In this document: positions 12,207-24,196 of the stretch, piece by piece | How positions within the stretch are numbered: the stretch's first letter is position 1 | Layout of the letters: every line of letters starts with the position of its first letter | DNA from: Catajapyx aquilonaris | Taxonomy: Eukaryota | Length of the DNA: 40,882 nucleotides | Direction: 5' to 3' | Assembly (NCBI GenBank): GCA_000934665.2 | Contig: KZ538909.1 | Span: 1 to 40,882 of the forward strand | The notes under the pieces: model-generated | The model's input: the letters and a program-made list of their open reading frames with translations, nothing else | What the model was told of the DNA's origin: nothing | Database searches by the model: none | Program-made: the position numbers and the translations under genes

Positions 12207-12398
12207 ATACACTATTAACCGCAAAATTAATGTCGCACTGTTATGTGATGGCGTCCGCAACTTGTTGTTTAGCATGGGTTGTGCATTCCAGAATATTGCC
12301 AAATTAACATCCGTAACTCGCTAACGCCCATACTAAACAACAAGTCGTGGACGCCATCACATAACAGTGCAACATTACTTTTGCGGTAATCTAGTATA
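12207..12398. mobile_element. Short palindromic MITE
   Basis: gcactgttatgtgatggcgtcc pairs with ggacgccatcacataacagtgc; TA flanks. Confidence 0.7.
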
Positions 12399-13004
12399 TT
12401 GTCTCCTAACGTGTCAGGGTGGAGGTATTCTGGCAACGCCCCCTCTTGCCCGCTGTCGACACTACCACTACCTCCCTCCCCCACCCAGACCTCTTATGCC
12501 CTACTGTGACGGCAATTAAACTTTGAAATATTGATAACGCGAAAATTGTTGCGACACACATCTTAAAGCAAACCTTTAATAACAATATGTAAACATGTAT
12601 TTCAAGCATCCGGCTTAGTTTCTGGCGAATGATCCGGCGGATGTTCCGGTGAATGTCACTCATCCCCACTTCACCTCAACTCCTCCATTTCCCCCATCCC
12701 AATCCAGGCAAGCCATTGGCTGAGAGTGTTGGGTAGGCGGACTGACAGATTACTCAGCCGGGAACTATAGTACCATGCTGCATTGTTACAGTTTTTAATT
12801 AATTTAAGTCCACAGGAATTTATCGCTGGGCTCCAGGCACTATCTTTAAGTTTAATAAAAAAGTTTCTGCCACAACCTTTTTCCCCTGGTGATATATAAA
12901 CTTTATTTGAAGCATTTGCAAATTAAGAATACTGTGTCACGATCACAAACCAAAGCTCCTTGGCATATTAATATACATCGGCAAACCAACTTAACCTCAC
13001 AACC

Positions 13005-13223
13005 TGAAGGGCGGTATCGACGTGCGAGTTCCTCGTATGCGAGTCCCCTTACGCGAGAAATCTTGTACGTCGAGACGGACTCTTTGTCACCTCAGGGCCC
13101 CTCTTCTCCCTCGAAAAGGGGATTAAAGTTGAAAATTTTCAACTTTTCCTCTTTCCTCGTATCCGGGCATGTGTAGTTGGCTCCTCGTATGCGAGAAACC
13201 TCGTACGTGGATACCGGCCTTGA
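13005..13223. mobile_element. PIF/Harbinger-like MITE
   Basis: 3-bp TGA duplication; TIR AGGGCGGTATCGACGTGCGAG / CTCGTACGTGGATACCGGCCT; internal ctcgtatgcgag repeats. Confidence 0.65.
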
Positions 13224-13392
13224 GGCGCACCTTACATTCAGCTTCCCTTTCAACCTCCACACCTTCCAGTCCACCCTTCCAAGCTGTTCCATGCAACAAA
13301 TGAAACATGACCACTGCCCTTAACACATGGCCCCTATTCTATCCCATCCCTAGTACACCCCGTACCCCAAACAACCAGTGTTCTACCCTTAC

Positions 13393-13496
13393 GTGACTGC
13401 AATGCATCTAGGTGTTGCCTGCAACAGCTGCCTGTGGCCCAGGTTCCATCCCAGGGCGGCCCCCCGTCGGACGCACAGGCCGACACAATTCGCCAT
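13393..13496 (-). CDS. NDUFS2: NADH dehydrogenase Fe-S protein 2 (complex I 49 kDa subunit), coding exon 1 (mitochondrial presequence)
   Basis: CAAGATGGCG start; MANCVGLCVRRGAALGWNLGHRQLLQATPRCIAV is Arg-rich with no acidic residues; donor AC|GTAAGG; phase 2 matches the exon 2 acceptor. Confidence 0.82.
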
Positions 13497-14000
13497 CTTG
13501 CCCGCTGGCTCGCTGGCTCTTCGTCCTTGCACAAGCCTGCCTATTTACAACTTGCTAGCCGACATGGTTTATAAAAATCTTGCACTTCGCACACCGGAGC
13601 TGACTTTTAGAACGAAATCCGGTGTAAAAAGAATTTGTGGCTCTTCCTGTGGCCCAATTTTGGAAGGATATTAAACGCTATTGCAACCTGCGATTTACAT
13701 TAGCGGCGATTTCGGTTACAAATTTAGTACTAAACTAAATATTAGAAAATAAATTCCATGCATATGTATTTGGCTAAATTAACTTAATTAGGGGCTCAAA
13801 ATTATGCTCAAATTGGCTAACTATTTCAGATTGTAAGGCGATGTAAGGTAACTCATAACGGCTAAGTAAATAGCGGTTATTTTGATAGCGACGCGATTGG
13901 CTAGCCGGCATTTTGGCTGGGCATTATGGAAGCATCACAGACGGTTTCATCCCTGGTTTCATGGTGTTTTTGATGAAGCGTTGTTGAGCGAAGGGTGAGA
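13497..14000. promoter_or_regulatory. Shared bidirectional promoter and 5'UTRs of NDUFS2 and RPB9
   Basis: Start codons diverge 504 bp apart; CpG-containing, no recognisable transposon. Confidence 0.7.
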
Positions 14001-14098
14001 ATGGCGAGCAAGCCTAATAAGGCTGGGACTGGCGCGAGTGGCTACGACACGCAGAGTAGTGGCCCTGGGTTTGTGGGCATCAGATTTTGTCAGGAGTG
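14001..14098 (+). CDS. POLR2I: RNA polymerase II subunit RPB9, exon 1
   Basis: MASKPNKAGTGASGYDTQSSGPGFVGIRFCQEC; donor TG|GTAAGA. Confidence 0.93.
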
Positions 14099-14155
14099 GT
14101 AAGAGAATAAGGATACCTGACAGGCTTCATGTATTGAACCAAATATTCATTCCAG

Positions 14156-14210
14156 CAACAACATGCTGTATCCAAAGGAAGATAAGGAAAACAAGGTGTT
14201 ACTTTATGCT
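14156..14210 (+). CDS. POLR2I: RPB9 exon 2
   Basis: NNMLYPKEDKENKVLLYA; ccag acceptor, GTAAGT donor. Confidence 0.96.
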
Positions 14211-14280
14211 GTAAGTATACTGCAACATCTGATTGAGATGGCAAAGGTAGCAAGAAACTTACATGATTTCTCTCTTCCAG

Positions 14281-14354
14281 TGCCGCAATTGCGACTACAA
14301 GCAAGTGGCTGACAACAACTGCATTTACGTGAACAAGATTATGCACGAGATTGA
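14281..14354 (+). CDS. POLR2I: RPB9 exon 3
   Basis: [24 protein letters not shown]; donor GA|GTCAGT. Confidence 0.94.
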
Positions 14355-14423
14355 GTCAGTATTGCTTCTGAAATTTTTGTTACGTAGAATTCAAAATGAA
14401 AATAATTATGTGTCAGTAACATG

Positions 14424-15390
14424 TAAAGCTTAGTTTATACTCTGCGTAAGAGGCGCAAAGTAGCAGTAGCGCTGTAAAGAAAGCGAGCCTGCTACTGTAA
14501 GCGGTTTATACTAGCTACTGTACGTCAAGCATTGCCGAATTCCTAATACCCGAGGTGTCCACAGATCCAGCCTGCCACGGATTTTGGACCGAAATTTTTT
14601 GATACTAAAAACGTCCATGGGTCTCGGCAATGATCATATTAGATGGCCAAAAACCAATTCCAGGAATATGCCATCTGAGCCAGAATTTTGTCACATACAG
14701 CAAGCTTAGCGGAGCCGCCATTTTTTTGTCGTACTGGCTTCATGAAGTAGCTAGAAAGTTGAGTTTTCTTCAACTTTCGCAGCGGCCATAGGGAGTTGAC
14801 ATTCATGCCATACTGCGCTGGCTGTACAGCAGCAGGCATTCAGTAAAGGTGGGTTTATACTCCGCCGTAAGGGGCGAGAAGCAGCAGTAGCGCCGTAAAG
14901 AAAGCGAGCCTGCTACTGCAAGCGGTTTATACTAGCTATTGTATGTGTACTGTATGTCAAGCATTGCCGGATTCCTAGTACCCACGGTGTCCGCCAGGTG
15001 TCCGCACCTCCGGTCTGCCACGGATTTTGGACTTAAATTTTTTAATACTAAAAACGTCCATGGGTCTCGGCAATGATCATATTAGCTGGCCAAAAATCAA
15101 ATCGTTCCGGGAATATGCCTAATGAGCCAGCTTTCGGACACATACGGCAAGCAGCGCGGCGCTTTGCGGAGCCACCATTTTTTTTTGCCGTAGTGGCCTT
15201 ATGACGTAGCTGAAAAGTTGAATTTCGTTCAACTTTTGCAGCGGCCGTAGGGAGTTGAAATTCACGGCGTAGTGCGCTGGCGATACCGCAGCAGCGTGCC
15301 GTAAGCTGCCGTAGTGCCCCTTACGGCGGAGTATAAACCCACCTTAAGCTGCTGTAATGCCCCTTATGGCAGAGTATAAACCAGATTTAA
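14424..15390. mobile_element. PIF/Harbinger-type MITE with a younger same-family copy nested at 14847-15344
   Basis: TAA TSDs for both; inner TIR AGGTGGGTTTATACTCCGCCGTAAGGGGC is near-perfect; bodies are colinear. Confidence 0.88.
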
Positions 15391-15659
15391 CTTGTACGGG
15401 GAGTAAGGTTATGTAGTAGTAACCAAAAACTAGGAGGAATACAAATTATTATTGTGTCCAGAATATGACAACATGTATATTAAAATCAACTAACTAAATA
15501 ATGATTGAATGATGGCGAAAATTTTAGTAGTGTTCTTTGGTTAACATCACATGTGACGCAATTAGAGAGGCAGAGAGGTGTCACTTGGGCATACTTAGTT
15601 GTCCATCATTTTATGCCTTTGGGACTGGTAAGCTGGACAGAGAAAGTAGGTAGGCAGTC

Positions 15660-15818
15660 CTCTGGGTGGTTAGTATAGCGGAGATCCACCCGAGGCAATG
15701 CTAGAGACAACGAAACTCTACACGAGATGAGAAAGGGAAAACCCAGGCTTGGGATCAAACCTGGTGGGACCTTTCTATCCATGGGCGCAAGCGTTACCAC
15801 TGCGCCACTCCGCCTCCC
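15660..15818 (-). mobile_element. tRNA-derived SINE (family B), diverged
   Basis: Similar to 22685-22909 and 29250-29585. Confidence 0.65.
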
Positions 15819-15916
15819 ATTAACTGCTTGTATGATAATGCATCGATTTCAAAATGGTGATACGGTACAGATGGTCTGGTTCTTAACACTGGGTGAGATT
15901 ATTTTGTTCTTTTTAG

Positions 15917-16043
15917 TGAACTGACGCATATTGTGTCCGATGTCATCTCCGACCCAACACTTCCCCGCACAGAAGAACACCCATGTCCAAAGTGTGGCCA
16001 TAGAGAAGCTGTGTTTTTCCAGTCACAGACCCGGCGAGCTGAG
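15917..16043 (+). CDS. POLR2I: RPB9 exon 4
   Basis: [42 protein letters not shown] (second Zn ribbon). Confidence 0.96.
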
Positions 16044-16123
16044 GTGAAATTGGCTCTTGTTTTAATAAGGTTCTTCTGCCACATGATTCTAGCAAATGAA
16101 CTAATTTGATAACTTACTTTCAG

Positions 16124-16186
16124 GATGAAATGCGACTGTATTACGTGTGCATCAATGTCCACTGCACTCATCGTTGGACAGAATGA
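16124..16186 (+). CDS. POLR2I: RPB9 exon 5 (last)
   Basis: [29 protein letters not shown] at 16210-16215. Confidence 0.96.
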   Translation, partial: [20 protein letters not shown]

Positions 16187-18892
16187 GAGGACATTTGTAA
16201 TTCCAATTGAATAAAGATAACATTGTTCAGAATACCAGGTTTTTAATTTTCATACATGCAAATGTTAACCATACAGCTTCTCTTCAGGTTGTTTCTTACT
16301 AGTAGGTTAATCGGCAGTCAGCGTATTCCTTGATCCAAACCAAGTTGAAAATGTAGGTGGGAGAAATGTCAAGGGACGAACTGGTAACGAGGTAGACAAC
16401 GACGGAGAGTTGGGGTCTCCTAAGACAAACACATCCACCCACCGGACAGCTCTGCTGTAAGGAAGGCGGCAAACTGCTACACTCCCTTACATGCAGTGGT
16501 TGTCTAACTGTCAGAGTGTGATCCCAATATTGATGACTGGGAAAAGAGATGACCTTGCCATAATAATTCCCATTAGTTCATTCTACGTAAATGGACTGAA
16601 ATGAATGCATCTCTGGGCAAACTAAGTGGAAGACAGGGTACTGATATTTTGTGGAAGCCATATTAATGCCAAGTACTAGGTGCAGGTCAGCATACTCTGC
16701 ATTCTTGAAGCTGATCATGTTGCCTTCTGCATTTTTTTGCTCCCTCTGGATCGGTTTTTCTATTGTGAATTGTCAAATGCCCATTATTGATAACTTGTAG
16801 TCAAATGTCATTCTTGTAACCCACACCCTTACAGTAAGGCTTAATCCACTACATGCTTTTCATCATGTAGCTTGCACTATTTAAATACAGGGAGCCGTCA
16901 CTGTTCTGAGTACAGCACATGTTTTTATCTTAATGGTAATGGTACATCATTAGCATCAAATTACTATTACCTTGAGGTGCTCGAACTGAAACATTGTCTT
17001 TTCCCAACATGTTACTGTGTCTCTCACTCTCTGCCTGGAAATCATCTCCGTGGCATTAGTTGTAGCCTATACAGTGCAATTATTATTAGTCTACCTTTTT
17101 AGTGGCAACAATGTCGAAGTAGACTACCTCGCCATTGCCAGGATGTTTTGAGCACATGGCTTGTCCATTCTTTCTCCAGTGCTCTGGAGGTAATTAATAA
17201 TCAAACTAATTTGGCTTTTGTCTTACAGGTACCACTGCTAGTCCCCTTCTATAACATGTCGGAATGCCCTTCAATTCAGTCTTATCTTTGAAGGCAGCCT
17301 CACCCACACTCATCCCACACTATTAGAGCCTGGTACAAGTTACGAGGATCAAAAAGTTCCCGGAATGCACTGATTACTCGGCTACTTTGATAAGTACAAA
17401 AACGCGCCTGTAAAATAATGTAACTGCACACAATCCTAATGGTACAGTCTGCCAAGTGGCATTGTCCTGTGTACTTCTGAACTTGTGTTGCACAAGATTT
17501 TGTGAACACATGTTACATCTTTTCAGCAATCATGTGATGCTGACAAAAACAAGCACTGTGTGTGGATCACATGCGATAATGCCTTTTCCCCTGTGTAAAT
17601 TTCTATGACAACTTTCGTCACCTATGTTATGAAATTTGTTGCGGTTTTTCAAAGCTCCTAGACACGTCGAGGCACTACTGTCATCCATGTGTTAGGAGCC
17701 TGGGGACACTCCACAATGCATGTTCATTTATGTGCAGCCATTTTAGGATTGCCGCTGAGTAGACATATAACAAGTGTTCACAAAAGCACGTGCAACAAAC
17801 GTTTGTACGTACCCAGGACGATACCACTTGGCAAACTGACTCATTAGGATTGTGTGCAGTTGCACTTAGAGGAGACCAGGGCACAGTGGTCATTTCCATT
17901 TTTTAAATAAGGTAAGTCGGGGAAGACGCTGCAGTTAAGCACTTTCGCTGGTGCAGAAGCAAACCTAATGAGTCAATCTCAATACCACCAATAGAAATAT
18001 ATTGTATGAAACCTTTGCTACATGCACATACCATAAAAAGTAGATAAAAGGGCGTATATCCATATTTACCATATTTGTGGATATTCGCCCTTCTTCCAAA
18101 ATTGTTAATTAATTTGTTAATTTATTACTATTATTATACAAATATAAATATTCTTTAATAATGATTGCCAAAGAAAATCAATGCATCACTCCAATACAAT
18201 CCTAAAATTTAGAGCTCATACAATGATCCTGTGATTTGTGAAGACAATTTTCAACCTATTATTATCTTTCCTGTAAAATTTCTAAAATGATTTATTCGCC
18301 CTTTCTCCTTAATGCCGACAAAATGTGGTCGCTAACTTAATCCCATTGTGTATGGAAATGTACTATTTTGGCACTTTAACACATCATAACTTTTGCAACT
18401 ATGGGCCATAGCATGAAATGACTTCACTTTTTGTTATCATATAATTATTGTCCTTTATTAGCATATTCAGTTTCATCCTGATCCATTATTATCACCCTGG
18501 AAAGTTCCCTTGTGAGTAAATTAAGTCATTCATACCTCAAGTTTCACACACCTAAAACAATTTCGTTAACCTTGGATGAACCATTCACCATACTAAGAAG
18601 CCCTGCCCTACACCCAGGACAATGTGTCTAGTCGTCTACCTCGTTAGTGGTTGGTCCCTGGACATTTCTCACGCTTACAGCATTTACTGATTGTTTGTGG
18701 CTGGTGGGGGAGGTAGGGGGGATACGAGGGATAACTTGTATTTATAAAGCAAAAAAAAACAAAAAAACGGCATGGACTAATGGACATACTGTACGAGTAA
18801 GTGGATGGTGTTATGGAATAATGTGTCAACCCACAAAACTGTCAAAATTGAGTTAACCCCAGGAACATATACCCAAATCATATACTGTAGCC

Positions 18893-19190
18893 CAGCGGTT
18901 CTCAAACTGTGTTCCGCGGAACCCTAGGGTTCCGTGACACCAGCGTAGGGGTTCCGCAAAAGATTTGGAATATATAAAAAATAAAATTTTGTACCTAAAA
19001 AACAATTGCATCATTGCCTTGAAGAAAAAAAAATTTAACATAACCTTGCCCTACCATTTAACAACAAAAATACTTATAGGTATTCCTACCATAAATTATG
19101 ACTTTATGAGTTAAGATAAGTGTTCAGGGTTCCGCGAAAGAATTATGAGGTAAATAGGGTTCTGCGGCCCAAAAAGTTTGAGAACCGCTG
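18893..19190. mobile_element. hAT-type MITE
   Basis: TIR CAGCGGTTCTCAAACT at both ends; subterminal gggttccgcg repeats; no 8-bp TSD preserved. Confidence 0.8.
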
Positions 19191-19776
19191 AAATGACTGA
19201 AAAGGACACTGAATAAATTACACAGGTCTGACATTCAACGCCCTTTTTCTCAAAACTGTTCTCATGTGGGTTGACTCTTTATTGCATAACAGTCCAATTA
19301 TGCTCTTGGCAACTCCTTGTCTACATGTAATGTACCCCCTTATGGAAATGAATGACTCGGCGTCAGTAATTCAATCACTAATATATATATATATCCAGTA
19401 TTTTGCAGTAATTCAATCACTAAGCCTGCAGCAAGTATTGGAGGACCTTCACGTCATATATGTTACCTTCCAGTGTGTGTCATCTCTTTTTGTATTATTT
19501 GCCTGCAGGCTGCTTTAAAAAAAAAGACTGATTGTAATTCATAATAAATCACATTTCATTATTGCTCTTTTGTTTTGAGTGTAAGTGACCATCCCAATCC
19601 CTACTGTGCACCAAGTGATCCTTCAGAGAGCTGATGTCCGTTTTAATATGACAAGAAAATATTTCCATTACTATGCAGATCATTCTTGCATAGGCTACCC
19701 CAGGCTACCCCTATCTCTATCACCACAACACACCCGAGCAATGCCGGGGTACTTGCTAGTATACTAGTACCGGTAA

Positions 19777-20435
19777 TACAGCTGACTCCTGATATAAGGT
19801 AACAAACTTCAATAAGGGAACAGGGGAAAAAGTCTGTCATAGGCTAATAGCCGAGGTCTGTTATAGCCAAATCGCCACTTTTGCAACGAATGCACAAGTT
19901 TTCTGCTTTCCATATGCTTATTACAATGCACACTACTGTAAAGTTATTGTGGACACATACGGTATCCCAAAATGCACCTGCATCCACACTTAACGCAAAA
20001 CTATCCACACGAAAAATGCAAAATTAGCCCACCCGTGAATTACACAGGACCAAAAGAAATCCGTAATTTTCTTCTGCAGTCTCCTTGTTGGCAATATACC
20101 AGAAAAAGTATGATTTTGAGTAACTTAGACCAGTGACAGATATAGATATGATATTATTTACCTTCCTGCAGGTGCGAAAGGCATAGTTGAATAATCAAAA
20201 GTCGCATATTTTCCCTCCGAGGAGCCAAGAAATGGTATGTCATACCCAAGGTGAGGTGAAAATGGGTCTGTTATATCAGGAGTAAAAATACACTGAAAAA
20301 TACCAAACGAGCTTTATGGTAAGTTTGCCGGGACCAGCCCTTCGAGTCCATTATAACCTAAAGGCCGTTATAACCGAGGCTGTTATAACTGAGAATCCGT
20401 TACAACGGAGGCTGTTATAACCGGAGTCAACTGCA
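19777..20435. mobile_element. pogo/Tigger-like MITE
   Basis: CAGCTGACTCC / GGAGTCAACTG ends; repeated gttataac subterminal motifs. Confidence 0.6.
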
Positions 20436-21055
20436 TTTAAAACTCCATGGATAATAATACATAATAAACGTATTAAAAGGACGACAATGACGCACAGGTG
20501 TCGCCGCGGATAATCCTTAAATGGCCCTAGATACCGTAAAACGAGCTATTAGAGGTTTTTAATGTACACAGTACTACTGCAACATACAGTAGGGTAGTTT
20601 AATCAAAATAATGTAAAATATTACCGTAGATTTTCAGTTTTTCTCCTAGAAACAGTCTGTTAAATGTTTCTTCGTTTACAAGACAATTGACATTTTTTCG
20701 GACTTTAATTTTTAATCCTATTTTTAGGCGACGCACGGATAATCCGCACCCAGATAATGTGGAGTACAGCGTATTGTACTGTACCTACTCCACAAAAACC
20801 CGAAAGAGTGCGTAAACTATATAAAAAAAATAATAAGAAAATAAATAAATACCCATTTCACTTGAACTGGAGCTTAGGTATTAGTATGCCTACATGTCGC
20901 ACCTGCTTGACGCAAATGAGAAAGAGAGAAAAAAAAGTACCCACATGGGATTCGAAACCGGATTCATCACAACGGATGGCATGGCATGGCGCGGGAGCGG
21001 GACAAAACTAAACAGAAAAAACGAATAGGTAAAATAAATAAAAAAATAAAAAAGA

Positions 21056-21191
21056 TAGTGCGAGACGGATTCGAACCGCCGACTTGAGATGGCCCCCCAC
21101 CTGCCCTGCTTCGGGCGCTACAGTTAGCGCTCTTGCCGGGATAAATTGGGGGATAAAGGCCTCACGCTCTAACCAACTGAGCTATCGCACT
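21056..21191 (-). tRNA. Atypical intron-containing tRNA-like gene (anticodon register TTT, 63-nt intron at 21091-21153)
   Basis: Stems AGTGCGA/TCGCACT, GCTC/GAGC, TGAGG/TCTCA, GGCGG/CCGTC; A box TAGCTCAGTTGG; B box GGTTCGAATCC; T6 run 2 nt after the 3' end; TATAAA at 21224-21229. Confidence 0.7.
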
Positions 21192-21470
21192 ACCGTCCTG
21201 TGGGGCCTCTCCTTTTGAGGTGCTTTATACCCAATACNAGGCGATTCTGTTTCGTTCTGTTTGCAAGTATGGCGGCTCCACGTGGTGAGCCCTGCTGGTC
21301 GCCTCTTTCGCCCCTTCTCTGCCTTGCCCCGGGGCAGGAAGTTGTTGGAGGAGTGAGGCCTCCATCGCATCGGCCCCCATCCGTGCCCCTCCAGTCAGGC
21401 CCATCTCCTCCACAAGCACGGGGGAGTATAAGAAGATTATCGTCTCCGGACCACTTGTTTTTTTGTTTGT

Positions 21471-21503
<33 letters not shown>

Positions 21504-22684
21504 TTGAAAGGTAACAGTTATGATAATCAAAATTGAAGTCATTTCAGGCTGAGGCCCATATTTTCAAAAGTTATGATGTGTTAATTAACTGCCAAAATTA
21601 ATACATTTTTATGCACAATGGGATTACATTAGCCCCCGCATATATAATCACATTGAAGTATGTAATCAGTTTTATTGTACCAAAATTCACATTATTTAAC
21701 TGTCACCCAATTTATTTACACATACACAGCTAGTTCACTTTTTAATGAATGGTTTGTACAGAACGACCTAAATGCACTGCTGTATAAACACTATACAGAA
21801 CCACCTAAGTGTCCTGCTGCATAACCACTATAATATAAACAATTCATTAAAACGTGAACTGTGTATGTGTAAATAATATTACTATGTTGCTGCAGCTGTT
21901 CTTCCTGGCCCTAAATAAGCCTCCAATGCACCAACCTAGTGTATGACTTTAAAGTACAGTACGTGGAGTTCTCACAAGCTTTCACTTCACTTCAACTACA
22001 TGTAAAAGAGCATGTCTCTTTTTTGCATCAAAAATCGTATCAAAGTAATGACTAATGACTTGTAAATATTTAAAATGTGGAAAGATGTTACCAGGAGAGG
22101 AGGCAGGAATTCAGGAATGTATTTGATATTAACCTGCACTCCCCCCAAAAGGGTTATGCTCTCGAAAGGGGCTTCATAATAAATAATAAATAAATAAATA
22201 TTAACATGCACTATTTCAATAAATTTAAATATGGCCTCAATAATTTTTCCAATATTGTGTCAGTTACAGTGGAATTATCCTGGAACAAAATCAATGCGAA
22301 GTTGTACACATAAAAGACGAATTGTGATTGTGTAGTACGGACTCCAAGGTTTTAGTCAGGTTATTAGGAGGACCACTCCTTCTGATGTCCTGGACATCCA
22401 CGTAATTGCAAACAGAGACTTTGCGTCCCTCCTTGTGACCAATCTAACCAGGAACCATTTTTGTGTAATTCGGAATGAAGCTACAGGACGGGTATTTTTG
22501 AATATTTTCTGTTCAACTCTGAGTAGAATTTCTAGATCAAGAAGTTCTCCATAATTTAAACTACTCCTAATAATAATATTATAATAATCCCGGTAGTGCT
22601 TGACCTCATCAGAGGTATATAGCACAGACCTTTATTATGACCTGTACATTTATTGGAACATTTTTACTTAACGCCCGGGCCCAC

Positions 22685-22909
22685 GGGCAGGATGACAGGA
22701 GGGGATGTGCAAAGTGCAGTGCAATGTCGTTGGTGTGATCATTTTGTGAACTCCCCCGGGTGGATTAGTCTATGGAAATTCCACCCGAGACGAATCCAGA
22801 GATGGCCCAACTCTGCACGAGATGAAAGGGGGAACCCTGGGCTTGGATCGAACCAGGGACCTCAACATCCGTGGGCTCATACATTACCGCAGCGCCACTC
22901 CACCTCCCT
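22685..22909 (-). mobile_element. tRNA-derived SINE (family B)
   Basis: Reverse-complement match to 29250-29470; A and B boxes present. Confidence 0.8.
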
Positions 22910-24196
22910 TGCTCCTAAAACTTTACTATGTAATTTGTGCATTGGAATATTTGGAATCGATAATAATAATGAAACGGGCCCACGCCCAAAATGAAGATAA
23001 TGGTTGAAGATACTGCTCTGAATGGACATAATCTAATAATATGATTACCCTATGTCCTTATTCCCATGGAATCCCATAAAAAGAAATAATGTTGAGAAAA
23101 TAGCTCAAATCCGGAAATTAAATAGACTCTTATCCCTTTCAAAAAGGAAGCACGAGGTGACTTGTGATGAGATCTAAAGATAATGTAGGACTAGCAGGTT
23201 ACCCGGTGTTTCCCGGGTATGTTGGGGTGCTGGTAAAGGTAGGGGTACATATACTACGCTTTAACCGAAATCTATCACTATCTGTGATAGATTACCTACT
23301 TCGGTTATAGCGCAGTCAACGTAGATATGATGATTGGATGTGTAAAAAGAGGAATGCGGATGGAGTTGGCCCAGGAAAAGACTGCACAGCCATGTGTTTT
23401 GTTTTATTCAGAGTTTTTGACCCCTTGACCCCCCAACCCCACCTCGTCCCATATTTTTGCCCTGAAGAACTTTAGAAATATATGTACAGACACCTGGTGG
23501 GAAATTTTGTTTTCAGCACTGTGAGTAATTTTTGTAAATACCTCTTTTCTTGTATTAATTTGTGTCTTGAAATCTACTTTCAAATCCCACAAAATGCCGG
23601 AATGACCATACGAAACGAACACACATGAGGTGGCCAATTGGCGTAATTGGCGGACGCGTTGAATGTATGGCGATGGGACATGCAATAAAGAGATGCAATG
23701 CTGCCAAACCCCATTATGGTTTGAATGCTACATAAATCAGTATTTATGTAGCATTCGAATAACCTTCAACACATGGGAGTACTTGTGCCCCTCTTCTTGC
23801 CGGGGTGTGATATATATCCATAGGACCTTATCCTGGTGCTGGGGTTTGCGTTTCTCCCATGACCCCAAGAGATATGCCGGCAGTAGCTTCGTCTACTGGT
23901 AGGGCCACCCAAGCAGGACAGGTCTTTGGGATAGGAGACAGACTAATAGAGATACCAGTCTTTCCTCTCTTCTTTTTCCTCTTCGTTTCTCTCTCCATCT
24001 GCTCCACCTTTGAATCTTCTATAGCCAGATAGCCACAGTTGCTTTGGCTTCTTCCTAATAAACCAAACCAAACCAACAATCCAACCTTTCACCAGACATT
24101 CAGTTTGTGTGTGTTCATTGTGTATTATTGAAATTAGACCGCATAGAAGGCAAAACCTTTCAAACTGACCTCGTATATCAATATTAGCCCTTCAAC

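Noticed and set aside
14355..14360. GTCAG donors in RPB9 intron 3 and a formin intron
   Set aside because: Still canonical GT-AG with an ordinary +3 variant
17341..17560. Mariner-like left end TACGAGGATCAAAAAGTTCCCGGAAT
   Set aside because: No matching right end or clear transposase found
21996..22625. Faint LINE-like peptide fragments (YNIIIRSSLNYG; LNIYKSLV)
   Set aside because: Similarity too weak to call without a profile search
23190..23312. ACTAGC-hairpin motif shared with 19700-19760, Helentron-like
   Set aside because: Short; ends and family cannot be defined from this window
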